This document shows, one piece after another, positions 18,454-27,144 of a DNA stretch of 64,000 nucleotides. The translations under genes and the position numbers were made by a program. A model generated the notes under the pieces. The model saw only the letters and a list, made by a program, of their open reading frames with translations. It searched no databases and was not told where the DNA came from. The stretch comes from Planctomycetota bacterium. Its GTDB lineage: Bacteria; Planctomycetota; UBA11346. Location: assembly GCA_038231435.1 (NCBI GenBank), contig JBBRLJ010000001.1, positions 96,001-160,000 of the forward strand. The letters run 5' to 3'. Every line of letters starts with the position of its first letter. Positions within the stretch are counted from its first letter, which is position 1.

Positions 18454-19409
18454 GACCGCCCCTGGGCATGGACCCGGGCGGAGGTGATGGTCGGATCATT
18501 CTGCACTCCCGCCGATCGCGAGCGTTCGGCCACCTCTTGCTCGTGCATGGCCTTGAAGGCGGGAAAGCGCGCGAAGCACAGGCGCCGCAGCAGGCGGCCG
18601 CGTAGGCTGCGAGTCAGCGATGGCCGCGGGCGCAGCTTGCGCACGCGACCGCGGAACGGGTCGTAATAGATGCCTCGGGGTGCGGCCATGGGTGCCCCTC
18701 GTCCACACAGCAGTTTCAACGTTTCGGTGCCTGCCGCCGCCGCGCACAGCATACAGGCGGTCGCGAGCGCCGGCCCGTTCTCGCCGGGGATGTCGACGCG
18801 CGCGGGATCGACATCGCTCACCAGGCCAGGCGCCAGGCCCAGGGCCATCGCCATCAGCTGCTCGGCGCGAGTCATGCCTTCCTCGAAGCGGAAGTAGTCC
18901 TCGAACGACATGCCACACGGCAAGAACACCAGCACCGCGGCGCCGTATCCGATCGGCCCTGCGTTCACCACTGGGATACCGCGCGCGCGGCAGGCGCCAT
19001 AGAGCAGCTTGCGCGCCTCGATGCGGAAGAAATCGATGCCATCGACCACCACCTCGACCCCGAACAGGAAGGACTCGATGTTGGTTTCGGTGATCCCCTC
19101 GCTGAAAACGCGCACCGAAGCGTCCGGGTTGATCGATGAGATCATGTCGGCGCAGACATCGGCCTTGCCCATGCCGATGGTCAGCATGGTCGCGCCGAGT
19201 TGGCGATTCAGGTTGGGGATATCGAAAGTGTCGGGATCGGCGAGATGGAAGGCGCCGATCCCGAGGCGGGCGAGCGTCTGCGCATGTCCGCCGCCGACGC
19301 CGCCGAGGCCTGCGAGCGCGACTCTGGCACCGCGCATGCGCGCCTGCTCGACCTCGCTCACCAGGCCGAGATTTCGCCGGAAGGCCTGATCATAGGCGAA
19401 GGCGCTCAT
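18450..19409 (-). CDS. ThiF/E1-like adenylyltransferase (no Zn CxxC pair, no nitroreductase domain)
   Basis: FRRNLG, AGLGGVGG, ADPDTFDIPNLNRQ, KAD, VVDGIDFF; ATGA overlap with the upstream acyltransferase. Confidence 0.88.
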   Translation of the reverse strand: MSAFAYDQAFRRNLGLVSEVEQARMRGARVALAGLGGVGGGHAQTLARLGIGAFHLADPDTFDIPNLNRQLGATMLTIGMGKADVCADMISSINPDASVRVFSEGITETNIESFLFGVEVVVDGIDFFRIEARKLLYGACRARGIPVVNAGPIGYGAAVLVFLPCGMSFEDYFRFEEGMTRAEQLMAMALGLAPGLVSDVDPARVDIPGENGPALATACMLCAAAAGTETLKLLCGRGAPMAAPRGIYYDPFRGRVRKLRPRPSLTRSLRGRLLRRLCFARFPAFKAMHEQEVAERSRSAGVQNDPTITSARVHAQGRS

Positions 19410-20317
19410 GGAGGGACACCGAGGCGCTGGCTGATCGGCACGGGACGCTTGCTGAGGTAATTCACCAGCAATGGATGACTGACGGCCTGCGCTTCCCAAG
19501 CCGGAGCCAACGGCGCGAGCAGCGATGCCGTCCGCGGGTCTTGCAGGAGGGCGCGCAGCGCGCGGCGGTCGATGCGGTATGGTTGGCGCAGCCCGCGAAA
19601 CTCCACACCGGGACCGATCGGATGGAAGACGAAACCGACACTGCGTGCGAGCTGCTGCAGGCGCGGTTCCATCAGAGCGAGGATGTAGTCCAACCGCGCA
19701 TGGACGGCGAGATGCGCAGCAGACAACCACAGGAACGAAGCGAGATTCTGGCGATGCTGGCTTTCCTCGCGCCAGCGGACCGCATCGATAGCCGCGGGCG
19801 GCCGACAGTCCTGCGAACGCGTGAAGCGTCGGAACGGCGCAACGATGCAGAAGCGCGATATCTCGGTGTATCCAAGGCGATCGCTGCCATCACGCGGCAG
19901 CATGCCCGTCTCCAGATGGGTGCAGACCTCCTCGAGATGGAACGGCGCCGCCAGGCATTGGGGATCGGCGAGCATCAGCCGGAAGCAGCCGATCGGCATG
20001 CCGGTGGCACGGTAATAGGCGACCACGCTCACCGAACGCATATCCGCGGCGTCGTATTCCAGATGATCTGGAAATCGCCCAGCCGGCTCGTAACCCAACT
20101 CATCGCAGTACACTTGCCAGCGCACCGAGAACGCGTCGCGCTCGGTGCTATCATCGGTCGCGACGCGCAGCTCGAAGATCTCGTCGATGCCGTGCTGGGG
20201 AGGCAGCACGCCGTCGGGCACGATTGGATCGGGCATCACCAGCGACGGCATGCGCTGGTAATGGAACGCCGGCACCAGCCGATTCGCGAGCGGAGTGATG
20301 GTCAGCGCCGCGCTCAC
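19406..20317 (-). CDS. GNAT-fold N-acyl amino acid synthase (PEP-CTERM/exosortase-associated acyltransferase / FeeM-like)
   Basis: AFSVRWQVYCDELGYE, EYDAAD, GCFRL, EISRFCI..FRR, ALMEPRL, IGPGVEFRGLRQPY; GTG start overlaps the ACP stop (alternative ATG 20251). Confidence 0.82.
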   Translation of the reverse strand: MSAALTITPLANRLVPAFHYQRMPSLVMPDPIVPDGVLPPQHGIDEIFELRVATDDSTERDAFSVRWQVYCDELGYEPAGRFPDHLEYDAADMRSVSVVAYYRATGMPIGCFRLMLADPQCLAAPFHLEEVCTHLETGMLPRDGSDRLGYTEISRFCIVAPFRRFTRSQDCRPPAAIDAVRWREESQHRQNLASFLWLSAAHLAVHARLDYILALMEPRLQQLARSVGFVFHPIGPGVEFRGLRQPYRIDRRALRALLQDPRTASLLAPLAPAWEAQAVSHPLLVNYLSKRPVPISQRLGVPP

Positions 20318-20547
20318 GGCTTGCCGCCCAAGGCGAGGATCTTCTGCGCCACATCGGCCAAGGTGGTGGTGTCCTTCGGCTCGTAGTCGGACATCTGCAC
20401 GCCGCAGATGCTCTCGATCTCCATCACCAGATTCACCGCGGTCATCGAATCCCAGTTCGGGCAATCGCTCAGGCGCAAGGTCGGCACCAGGGCGTCGTCG
20501 GCGAGTGACGGGAAGGCGTTGCGCATCGCCAGGGCGAGATTCTGCAT
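20314..20547 (-). CDS. acyl carrier protein
   Basis: 77 aa with phosphopantetheine site WDSMTAVNLVMEIE; AAGGAG SD. Confidence 0.88.
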   Translation of the reverse strand: MQNLALAMRNAFPSLADDALVPTLRLSDCPNWDSMTAVNLVMEIESICGVQMSDYEPKDTTTLADVAQKILALGGKP

Positions 20548-20549
20548 GG

Positions 20550-21650
20550 TCAGGCTCCTTGGGTGGTGGTTGGATCGGCAACGGGCGACGCGCTTGCGTC
20601 GGCCCGGGGACAGGCGTCGTGCGGTGCGATGAAACGGCATCCAGCCCAGGCGAGCCCGCCGCCGAAGACGGCGAGCAGTACCGATTGGCCCGCGGGGACC
20701 GGTCCACCGCGCGCGAGCTCGTCCAAGGCGATGAACACGCCCGCAGCTCCGGTGTTGCCGTAGCGGTCGAGATTGACCGGGAAGCGCTCGCGCGACAGCC
20801 CGCTGCGATCGGCGATTCCGTAGATGATGTTGATGTTGGCCTGGTGCAGCACCGCCGCGTGCACGCGCTCGCGGCCGCCTGCCATGGCAGTCAGCGCCTC
20901 GATCATCATCGCACCCTTGTCGATGGCGAACTCGAGGACCTTCTTCCCTTCCATGCGGAAGTAGAGCCGCTTGGGATCGGTACACGTCGTGCTGGGCTCG
21001 CGCGTGCCTCCGGCGGGAATCTCGATCACATGCTGTCCGCTGCCATCGCAGCCGAGGATGGTTTCATCGACGCAGGCGCGCGCCCAGGCCTTGTCAGCGT
21101 GCGCCGCTCCACCGATCAGCACCGCGCCAGCACCGTCACCGAAGTAGGGATAGGAGCTGAAGTCCTTCGGATTCATCAGCTTGGTGGTGGTATCGGCGCC
21201 GATCACCAGCAGCGGGCCCTTGGCGATCGGCAACATGCCGATCGCCGCGGTCAGCGCGTACAGCGCGCTGCTGCACACCGCCGCGAGATCGAAGGCGAAG
21301 GCGCTGGTAGGCGCCTTGAGCGCGTCGTGCACGATCGCCGCGGTCGGCGGGATGATCTTGTCCGCGCAACAGCTGCCGACCACGATGCCGCCGAGTGCGG
21401 AGGCGGAGATCCCGGCGCGTTCGAGACAGCGCCGAGCCGCCGCGATGGCCAGATCCGACGTCGCGGTCTCGGCGTCGGCGTGGCGACGCTCGCGGATGCC
21501 GGTCTTCACCGCGATCATCGGCAGCATTGCCGCCGGGAACTGCGTCAGATCGGCGTTGGCGACCACGCGATTTGGCACGGCGTGGCCGGTCGCCAGGATG
21601 TACGCCGGCGCGCTCGTGTGCCGCTGGACTGATGGGGACTGGCTCTGCAT
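20550..21650 (-). CDS. 3-oxoacyl-ACP synthase III (FabH-like)
   Basis: KTGIRERR; catalytic Cys (AAVCSS), FGDGAGA, His (LHQAN), Asn (YGNTGAAG), FGGGLAW. Confidence 0.9.
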   Translation of the reverse strand: MQSQSPSVQRHTSAPAYILATGHAVPNRVVANADLTQFPAAMLPMIAVKTGIRERRHADAETATSDLAIAAARRCLERAGISASALGGIVVGSCCADKIIPPTAAIVHDALKAPTSAFAFDLAAVCSSALYALTAAIGMLPIAKGPLLVIGADTTTKLMNPKDFSSYPYFGDGAGAVLIGGAAHADKAWARACVDETILGCDGSGQHVIEIPAGGTREPSTTCTDPKRLYFRMEGKKVLEFAIDKGAMMIEALTAMAGGRERVHAAVLHQANINIIYGIADRSGLSRERFPVNLDRYGNTGAAGVFIALDELARGGPVPAGQSVLLAVFGGGLAWAGCRFIAPHDACPRADASASPVADPTTTQGA

Positions 21651-21788
21651 GCGGGCTCCACAACGGATGCCCGGCGCCGATGGCATTAGGCGCGCCCCTC
21701 GGGTGCTCGGCCGGGCTCGACACGCCACTGTATGACGCAGGAATCCGCTCCGGCCTCGCCGCAGAAGCCCGGCCCCGAGCTTGGCTCG

Positions 21789-23876
21789 TCAGGGCTTGGT
21801 CGGGGTCATCCAGGGCGACTCGCCCGGAGTCATCAAGCGGAAATCCGCGCGCGCTGGATGCGCGGGATCCGGCCCGAAGCCCGGCATCGCCACCGTCGTT
21901 CCGGGCGTGCGCTCCGGCAGCGCCGCCACGGCCGCGCGCATGTCCTCGACCGGCGGCGCCTGCCATGCCTCGATCTCGTCGATGCGCAGGCGATCGAGGC
22001 GGTTCAATCCGATCACGAACAGCTGCAAGCGCGCCCCGGGCGCGGGCTCGCCGAACGCCAGTGCAGCGCGCTCGCCTTGCAGCCGGATCTCCATGTGCTC
22101 ACCGGACAGGTACTCGACGACGCGCGTGTACTCGGAAGCGGCTCCCTCGACGGGCGCGGGCAGGTCCAGGTCCTTGCCGATGTCGAGCAGCTGGGTCAGC
22201 GACCGGAAGGAATCCCACTGCACGAACACGCTGTAGGTACCCACCGTGTTCGGCAGGCACAAGCCTTCCTCGATGGTGATCCGCACCGGCACTGCCGGCG
22301 CTTGCACGTCGATCGCGACACCGAAACGCCCAGAGGTTGTCTCCATGCAGCCGGACCCACCCACGCCGCCTGACGCGAGATGCCGCCACGAGCCCCCGAG
22401 GACCGTGAAATCCGTTGGTCCGCCGTCGTCGAAATCCCATGCGCGGTGGTAGCCGGTTGCTGGCGCGCCCTCGGCGACCAGCGGAGTGGTTTCCACTGCG
22501 CCGGAGGCCTCGAAGCCGACGACCTCCTCGATCCACAGTTGTGCATCGGCGTCGGCGGGCGTTCCATCGGCATGGACGACCCGCCACTCGTAGGAGGCGA
22601 GCGGTGTCCCGGCTGCGAGCGTGCGCCGACCTCCGGTGTCGAGACGTGCGGTGAAACCACTGTCCAGGCTGATGGTGGCCGTGGTCAGGGTCTCGAAACG
22701 CGGGCGCAGGCGGACGTGGTATGCCTGGCCGCCAGTGTCGGTCGCCACCACCTCGATCAGGTCGGCGCTCGCGAAATGATCGGCGACATAGCGGAAGCTC
22801 AGGCAGGTGCGGCCTCCCGCCGGGAACGGTTCGGGCGATGCGCCAGAGTGGCGTGGGCCGTGCATGCCAAGGTAGGTGCGCTGGCCACCGGCAACACTCT
22901 GGGTGCGGACCGCCACCGTACCTGCCGGAGTTCCAGGAGGCTGGCCGAGCGCATCCGGCCACGCTTCGGGCGAGTCGGCGAACACCGTGGAGAACAGCGT
23001 CTTGGTGCCGAGCACCAACCGATCGGCGAGCGACCCCGAGCGCACGCTGGCGAACATGGCCTCGCGGTCGGCAGTGGCGGTGGCGGCATGGCCGGATCCG
23101 ATCTCGGCCACCGCGCCATCGCTCAGTCGGGTCAGGCGCACGCGCCCTTCGTCGACCTGCAGCCGCGTCGCCGAGGACGACACAGATAGCCGCAAGCGGG
23201 TGCCGATGACCTCGGCGCGTGCCTGCGAGGTGGAGAACACCAGCGCCTTGCCGGCGGCGCGGTGGGTGACCGCCGCATCGAGTTCGCCTTGTTCGAGCTC
23301 GAGCCGATCGCTCCCTGGCGCGGACATGCGCAACGTGGTCGATGGGCCGAGATCGAGGCGCGTGCCGTCGGCGTAAGCGAGGGCGAGATGGGAGCCCTCG
23401 CCCACCACGATGCGGTCGCCGGCGGCGATCGGCGCTGCTGGAACGAGCGGCGTCGTGCGTCCATCGCGCTGCGCCTCGGCTGAGCCGCCGACGTCGACGA
23501 CCGTCGCGATCGCGTGCGCCGCAACCAGCGGATCCGCGCCCGTGCCGGTCGCGTGGTCGCGCCTGGCGGCGACCACCGCCAGCATGGTCGAGATCAGCAG
23601 CAGCGCGGCCGCGGCGAGCCCCCACCGCCAGCGCGCCGCACGCGGCTTCGGCGCTGGCACGAGGCGCAGGCGCGTCGAGGGATGGTCGGGATGGCCGGCG
23701 CGCATGCGCAGCACCGACGAGAGCAGGACTTCGCGGGTGCTGAGTTCGGCGAATCGCGCCGCAGCGGCGGGATCCTCGCGCAGGCGCTGGTCGAGGGCCG
23801 CGAGCGCCTCGCCGTCGAGATCGCCGGTGAAATACGCGATGATGTCGCCGTCGAGCTCACGCGGGGACGCGGTCAC
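21789..23876 (-). CDS. FecR-domain anti-sigma factor with large extracytoplasmic C-terminus
   Basis: N-terminal anti-sigma helix, single TM (WRWGLAAAALLLI), FecR motifs ADGTRLDL, AEVIGTRL, VDEGRV; overlaps the sigma stop. Confidence 0.85.
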   Translation of the reverse strand: MTASPRELDGDIIAYFTGDLDGEALAALDQRLREDPAAAARFAELSTREVLLSSVLRMRAGHPDHPSTRLRLVPAPKPRAARWRWGLAAAALLLISTMLAVVAARRDHATGTGADPLVAAHAIATVVDVGGSAEAQRDGRTTPLVPAAPIAAGDRIVVGEGSHLALAYADGTRLDLGPSTTLRMSAPGSDRLELEQGELDAAVTHRAAGKALVFSTSQARAEVIGTRLRLSVSSSATRLQVDEGRVRLTRLSDGAVAEIGSGHAATATADREAMFASVRSGSLADRLVLGTKTLFSTVFADSPEAWPDALGQPPGTPAGTVAVRTQSVAGGQRTYLGMHGPRHSGASPEPFPAGGRTCLSFRYVADHFASADLIEVVATDTGGQAYHVRLRPRFETLTTATISLDSGFTARLDTGGRRTLAAGTPLASYEWRVVHADGTPADADAQLWIEEVVGFEASGAVETTPLVAEGAPATGYHRAWDFDDGGPTDFTVLGGSWRHLASGGVGGSGCMETTSGRFGVAIDVQAPAVPVRITIEEGLCLPNTVGTYSVFVQWDSFRSLTQLLDIGKDLDLPAPVEGAASEYTRVVEYLSGEHMEIRLQGERAALAFGEPAPGARLQLFVIGLNRLDRLRIDEIEAWQAPPVEDMRAAVAALPERTPGTTVAMPGFGPDPAHPARADFRLMTPGESPWMTPTKP

Positions 23877-24400
23877 GCTCCACTCCCCTGGCGGCGGGCG
23901 CGCTCGACGCAGTCCTCGAGCGCCAGCCGGGCGCGCTTGAGCACCGCGTACGCCCCCTGCACCGTGCGGCCGATGCGCTGGGCGATGGTCGGCACGTCGA
24001 GGCGCTCCACGTAGCGCGCCATCACGCCGGCGCGCGCGTCCCCGGACAGCTTGTCGACGCAGCTCGCCATGGCTTCGGACAAGCCGTTCTCGGTCTCCAC
24101 CGGATAGGCGACGGCGACCTGATCGAGGGCCTCGGACGAGAGCATGCGCGACATGCGCCCCTGCTTGCGCAAGAGCTCGCGCGACTTGCGCCGGATCACT
24201 TCCTTGAGCCAGGGCATGAACCCGTCGCTGGCCGGCAGCCCGTCGCGCTGCGACATCAGCACCAGGGCGACCTCCTGGTAGATGTCGTCGGCGAGGTGGA
24301 AATCACGGGTTATGGCGAAAGCGTAGGCCTCGATCATGCGCCGGTTGACGAGGGCGAGCTCCATCGCCCGGCGGTGCACATCCTGCTGGTCATCGTCCAC
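23873..24400 (-). CDS. ECF RNA polymerase sigma-70 factor (Rhodopirellula/Verrucomicrobium-like family)
   Basis: Region 2 RDFHLADDIYQEVALVL..FMPWL; region 4 CVDKLS..RY..IAQRIGRT..LKRARLALEDC; GGAGG SD. Confidence 0.9.
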   Translation of the reverse strand: MDDDQQDVHRRAMELALVNRRMIEAYAFAITRDFHLADDIYQEVALVLMSQRDGLPASDGFMPWLKEVIRRKSRELLRKQGRMSRMLSSEALDQVAVAYPVETENGLSEAMASCVDKLSGDARAGVMARYVERLDVPTIAQRIGRTVQGAYAVLKRARLALEDCVERARRQGSGA

Positions 24401-24569
24401 GCGCGCTCCTCCGAGGCCTTGCCCACCATCGAGTGTCGCTGGCCAGGCGATTTAGGCGATGCTGTTTTCCCCCGGGAGCCTCGGACGAGCCGCTGGAGCG
24501 GTGCAGGGGTTGCATGGACGGCTCGTGCCCCTTCCTCGCGGGTCGCCTCGGGACCCTCTCAGCGTGATC

Positions 24570-25661
24570 TCAGGGCGCCCCGGCCAGGTGTTCCGCCAGG
24601 AAGGCATAGGCGCGATCGCCGTTGATGCGATGCCTGCCCTCGAAGAGGTCCTCGGCGACCAGCGCCTCGGCGCCGAACACCCGGTAGTGATCGCGGGTCC
24701 GGGCCAGGCCTTCGCGCACCGCGGCGATCGGGAAGATCTCGTCGCGGGTCCCTGATTCGACCAGCACCGGCCGAGGCGCCACCAGCGCCGCGATGTCGTG
24801 CATCTCGCCGAAGCGGTGCAGTCCGGGCACCACGTTGCAGGAGCAGTGGTTGCAGTACAGCACGCTGCCCGCGAACGACGACAGGTAGCCGCTGATAGCG
24901 CACGCCGAGATGCGCGGATCGAGGGCGGCCGAGAATAGCGTGTGCATGCCGCCTCCGGATATGCCCATCGCGCCGATGCGCGCGGCATCCACCTCGGAGC
25001 GGCCGATCAGCCAATCGAGCAGGCGCTTTCCGTCGCGCACGCGCATCCCGACCACCGAGCCGCCGAGATGGAAGGCGAGCGCAGCGGTGTGGTGGCAGCA
25101 GTACGGCACCGGCGAACACGTCGCGACCAGTGGTGAATAGTCGGTCTGGCGATCGCCGAACGCCGAAATCTCGGGCGCCGCCACGACGAAGCCGCGCCGG
25201 CACAGCTCGAGCGCGAAGTCGCGCTGGTAGCCGTCGACGACGCGCCGTTCCGAGCCGTCTTCCCACAGGCCAACGATCTCCTTCGCGCCGTAGCCGTGTC
25301 CGTGGAAGGCGAGCACCGCGGGCCGCTTCCCGCGAGCGTCCGCTGCCACCCGGGCAGCGTTCTTGGGCAGCAGCAGGTAGACGGGCATCTTGACCTTCTC
25401 CGCCGTCGTCAGCTCGTGCAATTCGCGCACGTGATCGCCACGGTCGATGCTCTCTAGCAAGCGCGCCTTCACGCGGAAAGCCGGCTCCTGGAAACCGATC
25501 AACCGGTCGAGCTCACGACGCGTCGCGCGCTGCCAGCGCCGCGCCACGGCCGGGGAGCGCGCGGTGAAACGGTGCGGAGCGCTCTCCGGCGCATGCATCG
25601 CCCACAGGGCGTGGGCCGGCTGGTAGTCCTTCGGTTTGGAAGCGGACCTGGATGTCGGCAT
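24570..25661 (-). CDS. alpha/beta hydrolase (dienelactone hydrolase / acetylxylan esterase-like)
   Basis: PAVLAFHGHG, nucleophile elbow GISGGG, APRP, D(EIF), C-terminal H (EGRH). Confidence 0.85.
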   Translation of the reverse strand: MPTSRSASKPKDYQPAHALWAMHAPESAPHRFTARSPAVARRWQRATRRELDRLIGFQEPAFRVKARLLESIDRGDHVRELHELTTAEKVKMPVYLLLPKNAARVAADARGKRPAVLAFHGHGYGAKEIVGLWEDGSERRVVDGYQRDFALELCRRGFVVAAPEISAFGDRQTDYSPLVATCSPVPYCCHHTAALAFHLGGSVVGMRVRDGKRLLDWLIGRSEVDAARIGAMGISGGGMHTLFSAALDPRISACAISGYLSSFAGSVLYCNHCSCNVVPGLHRFGEMHDIAALVAPRPVLVESGTRDEIFPIAAVREGLARTRDHYRVFGAEALVAEDLFEGRHRINGDRAYAFLAEHLAGAP

Positions 25662-25768
25662 GGCTGCTCCGTTCCGCTCACGTGACTGGTGTCGACTGGC
25701 CCGGACGGGCGTCAGGCATCGGACGCCGCCCGTCGTTGAATTCAACCAGGCATCGCCCGGGCCCGCCG

Positions 25769-26107
25769 TCAGCGCGGACGCCAGCCGAAGCGGCGCAGGT
25801 CGATCCGCCCGCGCTCGTCGAAAGCCACTCCCTCAGCTTCGAGCCGCTGCCGCTGCCGGTCGTCGGCTCCGGGCTCGGCGCGGCGGCTCACCATGCCCTG
25901 GCTGTTCACCACCCGGTGCCAGGGCGTGCGCGCATCGAGCGGCAGCGCATGCAGGGCGTATCCGACCTGCCGCGCGCGGCCAGGCAGCCCGGCGATCTCC
26001 GCCACCTGCCCATAGCTGGCGACGCGTCGGCGCGGAATCGCGCGCACCACGTCATAGATGCGTTCGTAGGCGGGATGCCTGTGCGGGAAGGAGGCCGCGA
26101 TGGGCAC
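25769..26107 (-). CDS. alkyltransferase-like protein (Atl/YbaZ, MGMT family)
   Basis: IYDVVRAIP..SYGQVA..ARQVG and PWHRVV (Trp replaces the catalytic Cys of MGMT); start uncertain. Confidence 0.88.
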   Translation of the reverse strand: MPIAASFPHRHPAYERIYDVVRAIPRRRVASYGQVAEIAGLPGRARQVGYALHALPLDARTPWHRVVNSQGMVSRRAEPGADDRQRQRLEAEGVAFDERGRIDLRRFGWRPR

Positions 26108-26352
26108 GGCGCGCGGCGCGCCGGTTCCAGAGCCGACCCCAGGGCAGGCTCGCGCTCGACCGCTCGCTGGAACGTGGATGGATCGGCGACCTGCCATGGG
26201 TGTACGCTCGGCGAGTGGTTGGCAGTGGAAGCACTGACGGCCGGGGAGCCAGCGGTGCTCGTATTCGCAACGGTCATCCACCCTCCGCCACGAACAACCG
26301 GCTCGCCACGAGGAGCCGCTGGCGGTGGCGGCCAGGCCGGCATGCTGCCGGG

Positions 26353-26970
26353 ATGCCCGATGCTCCCGCGCCAGCCAAGGGATTCGTGGCCCGCATGAAG
26401 CTGATCCTGCTGTGGATCTGGTGGGGCGGCAGCACCAAGCCCGGGCCGGGTTGGGCTCTGGTCGGGGGCTTGGCCCTCGGGTTCATCGTTGGCGTGCTCT
26501 TGGACATGCGCTTCCGCGAAGTCGAGATCGTCGAGCGCGTGCGCACCTACATCTTCGGCGAGAAGTCGATGGAGCTGCCCAAGCCGGTGACTCCCCCTCC
26601 GCCAGGCATGGTCTGGGTGAAGGTGCTGACCACCGGATATTGCCCGTGCAGGATCTGCTGCGAGAAGGCGGTGCAGGATTGGAAGACGGCCATCAACCGC
26701 GACATCCGCACCTATCCCTACGGTATCGCCAGCGCGCATCAGCTGGTGCCGCCGCGCCTCTGGCTCACCATCCCCGGCTACGGGTACGCCATGGTCGACG
26801 ATACGGGCGGCGCCATGCTCAAGGACGCCAGCCGCGGCATCGTCCACCTCGATCTACGCTTCGAGGATCACCAGATCGCCCGCCATTGGGGGCGGCGCTG
26901 GGTGTGGGTCGCCCTGCCCGAAGAGAGCGGAGCGGCGCAGTTGCCGCGCGAGCCGGAGCCGACGCATTGA
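26353..26970 (+). CDS. membrane-anchored 3D-domain protein
   Basis: TM segment, then TGYCPCRICC, IPGYG..VDDTGGA, HLDLRF..ARHWGRR; start 26353 or 26395. Confidence 0.8.
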   Translation: MPDAPAPAKGFVARMKLILLWIWWGGSTKPGPGWALVGGLALGFIVGVLLDMRFREVEIVERVRTYIFGEKSMELPKPVTPPPPGMVWVKVLTTGYCPCRICCEKAVQDWKTAINRDIRTYPYGIASAHQLVPPRLWLTIPGYGYAMVDDTGGAMLKDASRGIVHLDLRFEDHQIARHWGRRWVWVALPEESGAAQLPREPEPTH

Positions 26971-26988
26971 CCAACGCAGGCATTTCCA

Positions 26989-27011
26989 TGATATAATACT
27001 GGTATTATATC
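26989..27011 (+). promoter_or_regulatory. extended -10 promoter (TGaTATAAT) inside a perfect palindromic operator
   Basis: GATATAATAC-TG-GTATTATATC (26990-27011) in an AT-rich spacer upstream of the GH5 gene. Confidence 0.65.
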
Positions 27012-27144
27012 CCGTGTCCGCGTCCATCTCCGGTTTTTCTAGTATTTCTGTCATACATTGCGTAGTTAGGCGTTCGAATGATAGACGAATAAGATACCGG
27101 TCCTATTCGACCCTCGCCACCCACGCGTCTTTCTGGAGCCCTCG

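Noticed and set aside
18450..19409. ThiF as part of a CBASS/ubiquitin-like defence system or RiPP pathway
   Set aside because: No E2, JAB, Ubl, cyclase or precursor peptide is nearby, and the context is acyl-lipid biosynthesis.
19406..20317. LuxI-type AHL synthase call
   Set aside because: The motifs (RWQVYCDELGYE, MEPRL, IGPGVEFRGLRQPY) fit the exosortase-associated N-acyl amino acid synthase family better, and no LuxR is adjacent. Not fully excluded.
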